The notes beneath the pieces were generated by a model. It had not been told where the DNA came from. It was given only the letters and a program-made list of their open reading frames with translations, and ran no database searches. This document shows positions 49,410-60,385 of a stretch of 64,000 nt of DNA, in pieces. A program made the position numbers and the translations under genes. Position 1 is the first letter of the stretch, and each line of letters opens with the position of its first letter. Location of the stretch: assembly GCA_032718475.1 (NCBI GenBank), contig JAUCBJ010003670.1, positions 1-64,000 of the forward strand, read 5' to 3'. This DNA comes from Nemertoderma westbladi. Its lineage: Eukaryota > Animalia > Xenacoelomorpha.

Positions 49410-50090
49410 GGCTTTGATGTAGTGCGCCTGGAAGGCGCCAAGTGAGACGTGCGAACCAATGTACAAATTTAATTAATGTGAATAATCATATAAGTACAAT
49501 TTGTATGTACGTACGTAGCAATCAGTAATCTACAAATATATACGTTCGGAGTAAGTACTATAGTCATACAACCTTTCTCAATTAGCTACTGGGACTGGGG
49601 GGTAAACTGACTATGGCACTATGGACGAGACACCAGACAATTTCACACTTCTTGAGTGCGACGGCACAAGAGGGGGGGGAGATTCGTCAGAAGGGATGAG
49701 GCAGTCGAAGTAGGGTTGAGGAACGGAGTAATAGTGCGGAGTGCGGAGAGAGTGCGGACGCAATTCTAGTGTGGGGGGGGGGAGAATAAGAGGCTGAGTG
49801 AGGGACGAGGAGGTCCGAGTATATGAGAGAGTTAGGGTGAGAGTGAAGAAGAGATAGGGCGGAAGTGTTGGGGAAACAAAAGTTGCGTGAGAGGTGAGCG
49901 CGATCGGCCCGACATGAGACGCCAGGCACACAGGGTAGCGTTATCATACCCATAGGGAGCGGCCTGGAAAGCCGGCTCCGAGAGAAAAGAATTCCACCCC
50001 ACACCCGATACTAGATCGGGATCCAGCGGGATTGTAGCGCACTTTTTGGTTGATGCTATCTTCTTACTGGGAAGATAGCATGGGGGGGAG

Positions 50091-50630
50091 TGTTAGCTTA
50101 TTCAATCCCGCTAACACCCCATAAAGTTATAAGCCGATAAGCAATATTGGGAGCCACGAGATTGGGTAATTAACCAACTCGTGCCATCCCAATAAGAATG
50201 GGAAGGAAGCACACAATGAGGGTCAGGGGCCAAACCCCTAACCCAGAGAGAACAGGTGGAGTGAACGGGAACACTCCAAAGGGCGCCAACAAGGGTATCA
50301 ACCAATCAGAGGGGGGAAAGGCATCGATTAGGTAGAGTAACAAGGCCAACCGTGCAATATAGCCACTTGGCAGTAATCATATCAATTCAGTTATCTCAGT
50401 GCAATACTGGTGCTAGTTTAGGTTACATAGTTTAGCTAGGGAAGGACCGGGACTTTAGTTACCGTATCCCGCCTTCCGTGTACAACAACCTACATCTATA
50501 TCTTTATACCGATCATTATATACAACGAAGGACACGAACTCATTTACTCATTTTCATTTACTCTTCACACACGGCGGGGACGCGTAAACTAACAACGGAT
50601 AAACCGGGATCTCTCTTGGATCCCGTCACA
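50091..50630 (+). repeat. 3' LTR
   Basis: Direct repeat of 39880-40419, preceded by the polypurine tract. Confidence 0.95.
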
Positions 50631-50920
50631 GTAACGACAATAAAATTTAGATTTGATAGCCTAAATGAATTTCGTTGTGTAGTTTGTTGTGCTTCATATG
50701 CTTGTCTTTTTCGTGAAATTCCGTAACGATGTTTAGACTCGACATGCTGCATGATTCACCAGTCTAAGAATTTAAAATTAACATTCAACAGTGTTGGCCA
50801 TATGTCGCACTACGTTTACGTCATAATAGCTTGCATTGGCAATTGCAAACCAAGCTGCTATTTTGACCCAAAGTTTAGAAAACACGTGCGATTTGAAATT
50901 CCGTAATGATGGAATTCATG

Positions 50921-51194
50921 TAATGTCATTAATACTGTAGAACAAACCGGATGGAAGTGTATCCTCAAAATTTTATTTCCCTTTTTTTAATAAAATAACA
51001 TTCTCTACATTGTTATACATGGATGGTAACGTGGCTAAGTAAAATATACTTTTTATACCTACCACCCAGTTTTCGTTTGGATTTATAGGTAAGGCACCAT
51101 GGAAATTGATCTGATAATTACTACCGGTATTACGGGGAAAATCAATTGGACACGAGTTACTTGGTAGCCTAACATAGAATTCATCCATCTCCAC
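50921..51194 (-). pseudogene. Penton (minor capsid) 1, N-terminal part
   Basis: MDEFYVRLPSNSCPIDFPRNTGSNY...WVVGIKSIFY. After an in-frame TAA it continues LPSGLFYSINDI, which joins IDYFN at the other side of the insertion once the transposon and one TSD are removed. Confidence 0.85.
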
Positions 51195-52050
51195 CGCGTA
51201 TTAACTTAAGTGTTATAACAGTGCGACCACCATTGAAATTAATTAATTCACCTTGTCCGTCATGTAAAGTAATTAAGATTGTTTTTAGTTTTTTATTCAA
51301 CAATGAGTAATAGCAAATGCTCTCGTATTCGTGATTAATATATTTTCGATTTAATTGTGTTAAAGGACAGGTTCTTAAGAGCGGAGCTAAAGCGTCACCA
51401 ACAAAAGAGCTCTCAATAATATCTGTATATATGAAGATTGTATCTTTATTACGAGTAATATTCATAGGATCTGGAAAATCTAAAATCCCAATTTCCGAAA
51501 TTTTTGGTCCACTATAATTTAAAATTAATATCGGCTGTTCTATATTGCTTAATTCATCCACTGTAGTGGTACTGTATATATCCCAATTCGGAATACCTGG
51601 ATGATTCTGATCCAATAACTGTTTTAAGCCTAGAATTTGTATTAAATCACCGCGTAGACTTAATTGTATTTTTTTCAACTTTTTAGGAAATTTAAATTTA
51701 ATTCTAGAATTATTTGTATTAAAAATGAATTTGAAATCTCTATATTTCGCTTCAGAATTAAACAGTTTATTTATATCATCAATAATGACTTGAATAGAGC
51801 TATGCATACCAGGAAATAAACTGTATAATTTGGCATCTTTTGCATCTACCCCGATTGACAGTGAGATTTGAGTTTGCAAAGTAATATTACTGTATGTTGC
51901 TTGATATTGAATCTCGGCAAGTCCAATTTTAGCGTTTGAACAAATATATAATTCTTCGGCTAAATCAACAGTAAACTCGCTAGGGTTATTATTGGGGTAT
52001 GTGTTTAATGAGCTATCTGAAACTAGAGTGATATATGTATCTACAGCCAT
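51181..52050 (-). CDS. Penton (minor capsid) 2, intact
   Basis: YITLVSDSSLNTYPNNNPSEFTVDL...IGLAEIQY...IFIYTDIIESSFVGDALAPLLR...LHDGQGELINF..GRTVITLKL. Confidence 0.88.
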   Translation of the reverse strand: MAVDTYITLVSDSSLNTYPNNNPSEFTVDLAEELYICSNAKIGLAEIQYQATYSNITLQTQISLSIGVDAKDAKLYSLFPGMHSSIQVIIDDINKLFNSEAKYRDFKFIFNTNNSRIKFKFPKKLKKIQLSLRGDLIQILGLKQLLDQNHPGIPNWDIYSTTTVDELSNIEQPILILNYSGPKISEIGILDFPDPMNITRNKDTIFIYTDIIESSFVGDALAPLLRTCPLTQLNRKYINHEYESICYYSLLNKKLKTILITLHDGQGELINFNGGRTVITLKLIRGGDG

Positions 52051-52061
52051 TATTATTATTA

Positions 52062-52731
52062 TTTAAGCTCTCTCTGCATGACTCCATTGTACATACTGTA
52101 CTGTATAATGTTAAACTATAGACATCTGTGACCACGTTCATTGTTTCTACAGTATATGCGAGAGATAAATATTTAAAGCGAATGAACTATAGATATTAGA
52201 CTTACAGCATAGTAATATCATTCGAGTTAATATTGATTAATTACGATCATATGTGACCATTATTTGCTTAAGCTCTCTCTACTTGACTCCTTATACATAC
52301 TGTATAATGTTAAATTATAGACATCTGTCACCGCGTTCATTACCGCTTCTACAGTATATGCGAGGGATCAATATTTTACTGGCTTTATTTAAAGCGAATG
52401 AACTATAGATATTAGACTTACAATATAGTATAGTAATATCATTCGAGTTCAAAGCAAGCAAACAGTCGGCCGAAGCCGGAGGCGACCCGAAGGCTCCTCT
52501 TTCGATAGCTGCTACCCGAGGGTAGGGGTGGGCGCTACTCCTATCCCAAGATTTGCTCCCAGTTATTTAACTGGTACTCATTTTATCGACCCCAGTGGAT
52601 GAAAGGCTGAGTGGACCCTGGCGGGGCTGAACCTACAACCAATAGATTGCAGGCCCGGCGCTCAACCAACTGAGCTACCCCGCCTTTTCGAGTTAATATT
52701 GATTAATTATGGTCATATGTGACCATTATTC
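52062..52731. repeat. ~200-bp tandem duplication; the second copy carries a SINE
   Basis: TTAAGCTCTCTCT...CATATGTGACCATTATT occurs twice. Confidence 0.85.
52450..52686 (-). mobile_element. tRNA-derived SINE, full length
   Basis: Near-identical to the 23382 copy. 8-bp TSD TTCGAGTT. Empty site visible in the duplicated unit at ~52221. Confidence 0.93.
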
Positions 52732-52765
52732 ATGCAATGAATTAATATACAGTATAAACCTAAAC

Positions 52766-53854
52766 TTATTGAATATGCTGTACCCACGACTGTTTTTTGG
52801 ATCCAATGAATCGGACTAAATATTCTTTTTTCCCATTGCGCACACGTTCTTTAAGTTTGCCAATATTTTTGTCAATCGGAAGATAAATATTACTACTCGG
52901 GTGGACCTTTTGGAGTTCGTATGAATAAAATGAACCATTTATTATAGCACCAGCGCTGTCCTTAATATCGAACATTACCGCTGGTACTCTATCCAATCTG
53001 ACCCGATGAATAATAAATAATTCACGTGTCCATTGTTCTCGATAGCCTTTAGCAAAAGCAGTACGCGCGATAGATAAACGTACTGTATCTCCAACTTGAA
53101 ATTTTATTTTCTTGTGATTAATCTGTCTATATTTCCCATATAATCTATTAATTAATTCAGTTTCATTAAATTTATTAACTTCAATGGGAGTCATTTGTAT
53201 AGTCCTATGAAATGACCTATTATAAGCAAAAATAAGCTTCGGTAAAATTTTTATCCAAACATTATTTCCCCGTTGCGTGAAAATTTTGAACATCTTTGTT
53301 TCTAATGTTCTATTGAATCTCTCGACAATAGCCGCCTTATTCACAGAGTACATTACGTAATAACGTACACCAATAGTATCTAAATATTTTCTTACAGATT
53401 TATTTAGAAACTCAGACCCTTGATCAGTCGCGATTCTGTTTGGTTTACCTTTCTGGAATATTTTTTGCAATATACTAATAATTTCAATACCTGTTTTTGT
53501 CTTCATACCATAGGCAAAAGCAAGCCGGCTAAAGGCATCAATACATGTTAATATATAGTTATAATTATTATTTTGTGATTTATATTGCTGCATATCCACC
53601 AGATCTATCATATATATATCTTTTAACCCTCCCGTAAATATTTTAGATGTTGGATAATGATGTCTACGTGGTGCGTGAAGGGAGTATGTCTTTTGCCCGC
53701 TCAACCATTTCTGAGCTTGAGATGGTTTGATGTTTGCGGCTTTTGCTAATTTTGCGATACTTGCAAAACCCGCAGGCGATGAAGGATCTAAATAAATTCT
53801 TAACAGTTTTTTGTCTAAGCTTCGGCTTAAAATCGGTTTCATCTTGCGTGGCAT
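52766..53854 (-). CDS. Retroviral-like (rve) integrase with C-terminal chromodomain-like segment
   Basis: IDLVDM, YILTCIDAFSR, TDQGSEF, KAAIVERFNRTL, YNRSFHRTIQMTP, GDTVR, WTRELF and EYLVRFIG...W. Confidence 0.95.
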   Translation of the reverse strand: MPRKMKPILSRSLDKKLLRIYLDPSSPAGFASIAKLAKAANIKPSQAQKWLSGQKTYSLHAPRRHHYPTSKIFTGGLKDIYMIDLVDMQQYKSQNNNYNYILTCIDAFSRLAFAYGMKTKTGIEIISILQKIFQKGKPNRIATDQGSEFLNKSVRKYLDTIGVRYYVMYSVNKAAIVERFNRTLETKMFKIFTQRGNNVWIKILPKLIFAYNRSFHRTIQMTPIEVNKFNETELINRLYGKYRQINHKKIKFQVGDTVRLSIARTAFAKGYREQWTRELFIIHRVRLDRVPAVMFDIKDSAGAIINGSFYSYELQKVHPSSNIYLPIDKNIGKLKERVRNGKKEYLVRFIGSKKQSWVQHIQ

Positions 53855-54075
53855 CTTTTCGACAACCGCAAGTAATATGTATATTCAAATCTCTTATAAA
53901 GGGCATCACCGTAAAAACAGCTGAAATTTTTTTATTTTCTTTGAAGTTGATGTTTTGAAGGGTTTTCTTTTTGTAGTATTTACTCTAGGTATATCTTGAG
54001 GTTTTAAATCAGTAGCTAACGGTTTACTCGATACTAAATATAATTTTCTAAATGTTACTCCCGTTTTAACCATTA

Positions 54076-54459
54076 TTACCATCCGCGGTTAATTTTTTTC
54101 GCAATAGCCGCTCCAGCGGCGGCGGCACCAGCACTCGCGGCGAGTTTCGCACCAATGCCGAGTAAGGGTATTAGAAACGGTAGTATGCCTCCAGATTGAT
54201 TGGTTAACTTTTTTCTGTAACTTGATATATTTTTTGTTTTGCGGTTGAGCGATTTTAATACCTTTTTATAACGACGAATATTTCTAAATGAATGAGGGGT
54301 CAATTGTACGTTACCTTTTAGAACATTTAATGCGGTATTTACAATGAGCCGTATTAATTCGTTACTCGCGGTATGGTTAATAAAATAAGTTCTTTGTTGA
54401 GGGGTAGCGCTGCGTAGAAATTCCAATTCGTTACGATATTTCTGCACAAGTCTATTCAT
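54076..54459 (-). CDS. Conserved small Polinton (probably virion) protein
   Basis: ALNVLKGNVQLT...QSGGILPFLIPLLG: QxGG plus hydrophobic tail, located between ATPase and integrase. Confidence 0.7.
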   Translation of the reverse strand: MNRLVQKYRNELEFLRSATPQQRTYFINHTASNELIRLIVNTALNVLKGNVQLTPHSFRNIRRYKKVLKSLNRKTKNISSYRKKLTNQSGGILPFLIPLLGIGAKLAASAGAAAAGAAIAKKINRGW

Positions 54460-54492
54460 TGTTGCAACATTATTGAAAATTGTTACAAAATA

Positions 54493-55176
54493 TTAATTAT
54501 TATTATTATTATTATTATTATTTTCGCTACGTTTATAGTCAATGTAATTTTTAATGTAACAATTATGATTACGAAATATATCCGATCTAAATCTTAAATG
54601 TTCGGGTGTTTCCTGTCGTAAATCAATTAAGAAATGCGAAAATGGTTCAATAGTCGCATCTTGATAGGAATCTACTAAAAATTTGGTCTGCCCTGGTAAC
54701 ATCTGCTTCGCGAAATTTAAAACCGATAAACTGTCTCGCGGATTTTTCATTAATACTAAGGTATGGCTATTAATTGATCTTGTGCGGTTATGCTTCCCAC
54801 CGTAAAACATGTTTTGCGTTATGAAACAAATAAATATATTGGAATGATGAGCAACCTTAGTAAACAATACAGTTAAGGCTGTACTAGACTCAGTTTCTGT
54901 TAATAAATCATCTATAATTAATAAATCTCGACTATTCACTAAACTATCTATATTTTCAGGCAAACCTTTGTAAAGGTGAGTAATACCAGGAATAGTCGGG
55001 GGATTGCTCCCATAACAATACAATACTCGTAAGGGGGGTTCGTTGAAGCAGCCATTCTTGTGTTTAATTAAATTACCAACAAATGTAGACTTTCCGGAAC
55101 CAGACGGGCCAGAAATTATCATACTCGTTCCCATTTGAAAGTTTAAATTATATGGACCTGAATTAAAGTCAGCCAT
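54493..55176 (-). CDS. A32/FtsK-like genome-packaging ATPase
   Basis: Walker A GPSGSGKS, Walker B LLIIDD, HHSNI..CFITQN, LMKNPRD and FLIDL. Confidence 0.93.
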   Translation of the reverse strand: MADFNSGPYNLNFQMGTSMIISGPSGSGKSTFVGNLIKHKNGCFNEPPLRVLYCYGSNPPTIPGITHLYKGLPENIDSLVNSRDLLIIDDLLTETESSTALTVLFTKVAHHSNIFICFITQNMFYGGKHNRTRSINSHTLVLMKNPRDSLSVLNFAKQMLPGQTKFLVDSYQDATIEPFSHFLIDLRQETPEHLRFRSDIFRNHNCYIKNYIDYKRSENNNNNNNNN

Positions 55177-55362
55177 TTATTATTATTATTAAGATATATC
55201 AACAATACAATATAATATAATATAATATAAATATCAATAAACCATCACCATTACTATGTATATATGTAACAATTCACAAAAAACAGCATTTTACAACAAA
55301 AAGTATGTACAACTGTAGTATTAGTATATTTATCATGGCAATCTTTCGTTCTATTTATTACC

Positions 55363-56064
55363 TTATTTGAAAAGATTGTGTAATCGTATACCAGCAATCA
55401 ACAGACATTGTTTTCGATTTAAATAATGTCCACACCAAGTGAGATAGCGGTGACATCGTATAAATTCGTTATACTTCTTAGTTTGACATTTACGTTCTAT
55501 ACCACGTCCGTAGCATTTAGTACTGGAAATATGACTTAGAGTATGCTCCGTCAAAGTGCGAATTACTCTCATACACAAATCATTGCAAAGAATACCTTCA
55601 TCAAGTTTCAAATAATACTTTTTTGGTTTTATACCTCTTGAAGATGATTCATCTTTATATGTCTTAAAGTAAATATCAAAACTACGTAAATTCTTATTTA
55701 ATTTTACTGTGATATTTTTATGTTCTTCATCAAACAACCAAGGTACCATAAAGCCGCCTTTTTTCACTATATATCGATAAAAAATATTCTGTGATATTGT
55801 AAATAACTCGTTAGGTTCGTTACTTTTTCCTGAAATGTAAATAGAATTCCGCAGCTCTTTCCAATAATATGGATTATATAACTTGTTTACTCTGCAAAGT
55901 GTCTGTACTCTACAAATTGGACAAATTTTAGTACAATCATTAATTTCAACATGTTGATCAATACATGTCACGCAAGTTCCATGTTTATTAACACATATGT
56001 AACAATCAAGATGTTTTAAATTAGAATAACAAATACTACAATTTGTGTTTATTAATATATCCAT
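55363..56064 (-). CDS. RING-finger (C3HC4) protein
   Basis: CSIC...CVNKHGTCVTC...CPICR at the N-terminus. Confidence 0.8.
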   Translation of the reverse strand: MDILINTNCSICYSNLKHLDCYICVNKHGTCVTCIDQHVEINDCTKICPICRVQTLCRVNKLYNPYYWKELRNSIYISGKSNEPNELFTISQNIFYRYIVKKGGFMVPWLFDEEHKNITVKLNKNLRSFDIYFKTYKDESSSRGIKPKKYYLKLDEGILCNDLCMRVIRTLTEHTLSHISSTKCYGRGIERKCQTKKYNEFIRCHRYLTWCGHYLNRKQCLLIAGIRLHNLFK

Positions 56065-56131
56065 TTTTCTTAAATAACCAAACCAAAATCGTTAAAATGT
56101 TGATAAAATATTTATAATATAGCTGAAAGAG

Positions 56132-56424
56132 TCAAGAATCATCTTCATTGTCATCGGTTTCATCAGTGGTTACAAGGGTTTCTTTCGAAATAATAACAAT
56201 AAACAAAGCCATAATTTCATAAGCATTTTTACGATCTAATTTGATCTCAAACTTTTCACATTTATTGCTCGCTATATTACCACTATATTGAGTAATAACA
56301 ATAAAGTTATCTGACATTGATAAAATTGTGAATTTATCTAAATCATCTTCTTCTTTGTAATCTAAAAGGTAATTAGTAGAATCTACCTCACCGAAAATAT
56401 CAATAGATCGTAGTTCTTTTCTTG
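56132..56424 (-). pseudogene. Polinton ORF truncated at its 5' end by the foldback
   Basis: The first 12 codons of the predicted ORF come from the foldback arm (same peptide as ORF 61803). The rest is AT-rich coding-like sequence with an acidic tail. Confidence 0.5.
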
Positions 56425-58882
56425 CTTGGTGGGATAAATATTTCTCCATTTGACGCAACACCGCCGCGGCCGCTATGAGGGAGGTGAATACCGCGGCCGC
56501 TCCTAAAGCCGCAGGCCATCGCTAACTATATAGGTTAACTTGGGATTCTGGGGGACTTTTCGATGAAGGAACTGACCAAATTTTTTTATTTTCTCACCAG
56601 GGGAGCGGCTCGGAATTCTAAGATATTAGCAACTCTAACATTATTAAATCTAACCCTTCGACGGACACGGCGGACAAAAAACCGTCATTTTTTCGACAAT
56701 TTTAAAATTTTTTTGAAAGGCGCTCTACAGTGGCTCGAAAAAACCCTAGGTTATTGCTTAGCCGACGCCGGGATACGATAGAAGGGATTAATTAGTGAAT
56801 TCGTTTTTTTTTTCAAAAAAGATTACCACGCCTTTTTTCCGAAAATGTCCGTCAAAGTTGAAAAAACGGACAAAATGACTTTGCGGGATCCGCTATAACT
56901 CGGCTAATATTAATCGTACGGGGACGAAAGTAACGCGGTTGGAAAGGGGAAGAGTGGTACTACCTTCGTATCGAATGGGGGTAAGATATTTATTAAAATT
57001 TCGGGTGGAAAAAGGGGCTGTAAATTTGTACGTTTTTGTCCGTCTTTTTTGGAAAACTTATTTCCGAAATGTTTAATTCGACAACGCGGGTAGGAATCCA
57101 CTAATTCTTTTATGAAACTCGTAGAAGACCATTGGGGCTACGTTCCTATCGAATGGGGGTACAAAAAATATGTCGGCAATAGGGGCCAAAAAGGGCCAGA
57201 ATTTGTAAAGTAGTTTTTATCGAATAATTTTTTATTTTTAACTTTAGTTGGTTAAGGTACATTCTATACAGTCAATATCCATACGGGGAATTCAAATATG
57301 CTATCGGTTTTGCTCCAAGGATGATATTAAAAAAATGAGGGCCAAAATTATAATTTCGCGCTTCAAACTTGCTTCGCGGGAAATCGTCTAGCTCGAAAAC
57401 TACTTAACTTACGGGAGATTTGTTTACACAGACTTATAGTGCGTTAAATTATCTATCTAACAGCGTTAATCACAGCGCCGGAGGTATTATAAAACTGGAG
57501 CGGCAGGCGATCGTGTGAAATATAATATTTATAAAAAGGGACGAAAATTTTTTTTTTTAACAAATCGCTATTCCATTATAATTTAGCGTATTGCGCCAAA
57601 AGTACCTGTAAAAAGTATCAAATTAACTCCGCTATCTTTTATCTTAACATATATAATTAAAATTACGAATTTTAAGGGTCGAAAAATATCGCGTTATTTT
57701 GGCCCTTTTTTTTAATTTTTTTGGGGCCAAAAATAACCCCTTCTCAAAAGATTAAGAAAAAAATTACGGCAAAGAATATACCAATTTTATTGAATTTGGA
57801 CCACCAGAACCGAAGTTAGAGCGATTTTAGTGAAAAAATAAAAATAATTTTTTTTGCAAAAAAATTAAGAATGGTCAGGTCAATATTGGATTTCGAACCC
57901 GCGAACTTAGGTTTCATTAACGTGATTGATAACCACTAGACTATGTGACCGAGAGAAAGCCGCCCCAATATTAGATTATTACAACAACATATCCATTGGG
58001 TAAGAAAGTGGAGGAGAGCCAGCCCGTCTCTTAATTTTTTACTTTATATTACGCGATCAATTTTCACTCATCTCGTCATGAACCCAACATGTATGTAACC
58101 TTTTGTTAAATTTGTTGGCTATGCGTTTGCGGTTGTTTGGGCGGAGTGTGGTAGGCCTACACTTTTCACACTTAAATATTTTGGTTGTGAAATGTTACAG
58201 GGCATAGCGATCTGAGATATTTCATTTATATTTTATTATGAGAGGAAGAAGAACATACAACGTTATTTACTATGTAACAAAATAATTGTTTTCGGGTTTA
58301 ACTTGGAAGCCTCCCCAAATAGTTGATATACAATTATATTTAAAATTATTTCCATGGTCATGGTCATTCACCCGTCTTTAGTTAGAAATTTGTTTGCATG
58401 AAAGACAGTTTAGTTTAGTTTTTACTGATTTATTATCTCTTATCTGACTGGGGTAATAATAAAGGATAGGATAAATGGAAGCAAAGTGTGACAGTAACAA
58501 ATATTTCCCCGTCACCCTAGCATGTCTTAAGTATATGATATATCAAAGGGGGAAGTTTGGATTCACTGCATAAATGCAGTTCACCAAACTTCCCCCGAAT
58601 GCACACTGTAACTTCCCCCTTCCCCCAAATATCCACTGTTGAATTAATTTGAAGCGATATAATAAGTACAAAATTGTACGAGTTTTTAATTGTGTGGTCC
58701 AATTGTTATTTGATTTCTACTGTATTTATTATTTAAAGTGCATTTAATATCACACTGGTTTGTAGAATATTATACTATACAACCTTATGTTTTATTAATT
58801 TACCCAATCGAAGCCTCATAAGGGCCGGTTATTTGTACGCATATCCCCTAATGCGCTCAGTAAGGTTCAAACAACATATTAA

Positions 58883-59734
58883 CCCTATTCCACCTGGGCT
58901 CTTTTGTCCGAGATTCCACCTGGGGTTGGGCATAATATGCCCAACAGTTTATTATTCACTAAAAAGTAATGATAATTTTATCAAAACTTTCCAAATTTTC
59001 GCAGGTTTATAGAAAAATATATAATGCATCTGTTCTGAGTTTTATATATTCATAATTTAAAATAATATATCCACATAAATTAATTATCATGAAGATAACC
59101 CATTATAGTAAAAAGATGAGATAATACTATACATACTCCTCCCAACACTACTGTCTGCCTAACTCTGCCAGACATCACAAGTGAAAATTTTGCTTGCAGG
59201 GGTGCTGTTATTGAATAGATATATTCATTCACCTCTGTTTATGTCTGCTGTATTACATTAGGAATATACTGGGTTCAATGGTGGTTGTTGTTTTATCCTA
59301 GTAGACTTATTGCTTGCATATCTGTCAGTTTAGTATTTTGTTATTAAACAATAATGTGATTGATGTGTACTAATCCAAGCAGTAGACAATCTTGTGTTTG
59401 AATTTATCTTTACAACCCAGCCAAGTGAATGTCCTGGACCGTAATTGGTTGCATTCTAGCTTGTTGACCAGGGGAACTATCCAACCAGGGATTATCTTTT
59501 CTACCAGTTAGGCTAATAAAGATATTATAATAAAAAAATGTGACTATTATATTAAAAACACACCATAGCACAAAAAGTATAAATGATGAAAAAAATATTT
59601 TGTTACCATCAGAAAGCCAATTAAATTCTAGGAAAAGTCAATGAATTTCATAATAATACATAAAAATCATCATCATGAATTTCTAAAAATAAAAAGTGTT
59701 GGGCAGATTCTGCCCAACCCCAGGTGGAATAGGG
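58883..59734. mobile_element. piggyBac-type MITE
   Basis: TTAA|CCCTATTCCACCTGGG ... CCCAGGTGGAATAGGG|TTAA. Paralogous empty site ACATATTAATATGAAAATAA at ~62711-62730. Confidence 0.92.
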
Positions 59735-60312
59735 TTAATATGAAAATAAAGTATCTGCAAAGAAAATAACCCAATACTATATAATTTGACCTTATTAAAA
59801 AATTTGCACTTTTGCACACTTATTTGTACAAATGCACTTTAGCAGATCGTAATGGTGGCTCTTATTTAACAAACTTATGTTTATCCTCTACCGATCTACG
59901 ATGGTGTATGATCAAGTGTCAGTCGCTAAAAGTGTCAAAAATCCAATTTAATAAATCTGGATTTGCGATTTTGGACCATATTCATGGACATTTTAAGTCA
60001 CTTTATAGACATAAAAAGTTAAACAAATGTTACGATTATAGTTAGAAATCATTCCAAACTACATTTTAATCCAAAAAATAACATTCTACGATGAATAGAA
60101 CTGGAAATAATAGTGTTTGAAATATCGAAAAAATGTTCACTATTTAAGTGCATTTTGCACTAAGTGCACATAAGTCTTTTCCCAAGTTTTATCCTATTTC
60201 ACACACTACAATCTATCCTCTATCCAATGAAAAAAGTTTCAGATTAAACGGCCCTGTAGAACCGAAGTTATTTATGTTTAAAAATAGTCACTCGAAAATT
60301 TCAAATTCTCTT

Positions 60313-60385
60313 GGTCACATAGTCTAGTGGTTATCAATCACGTTAATGAAACCTAAGTTCGCGGGTTCGAAATCCAATATTGACC
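60313..60385 (+). pseudogene. tRNA-like sequence at the inner end of the foldback arm (copies at ~57878-57950 minus and ~63297-63369 plus)
   Basis: GGTCA...TGACC acceptor-like pairing, A-box TAGTCTAGTGG, B-box GGTTCGAAATCC. The anticodon arm does not fold properly. Confidence 0.55.

Larger units (their letters stand above)
39880..50630 (+). mobile_element. Non-autonomous BEL/Pao LTR retrotransposon nested in the Sola element
   Basis: Two 540-bp TG...CA LTRs. 5-bp TSD GTAAC (39875-39879, 50631-50635). PPT GGGGGGGAG before the 3' LTR. Gag and protease present, RT/RNase H absent. Confidence 0.93.
36887..50920 (+). mobile_element. Sola2-like DNA transposon (~3.3 kb of own sequence) inserted in the penton gene
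   Basis: TIRs CATGAATTCCAT / ATGGAATTCATG. 4-bp TSD TAAT (36883-36886, 50921-50924). Subterminal GAAATTCCGTAACG repeats at both ends. Confidence 0.85.
24569..56424. mobile_element. Polinton/Maverick (adintovirus-like endogenous virus), ~17.6 kb after removing nested insertions; right end missing
   Basis: Starts with AGTAGT. Encodes pPolB, rve integrase, A32-like ATPase, adenain-like protease, major capsid and pentons in two convergent gene blocks. Confidence 0.93.

Noticed and set aside
56425-57957. Foldback arm as the Polinton right TIR
   Set aside because: No similarity to the AGTAGT-initiated left end, and it pairs with 60306-61839 instead.
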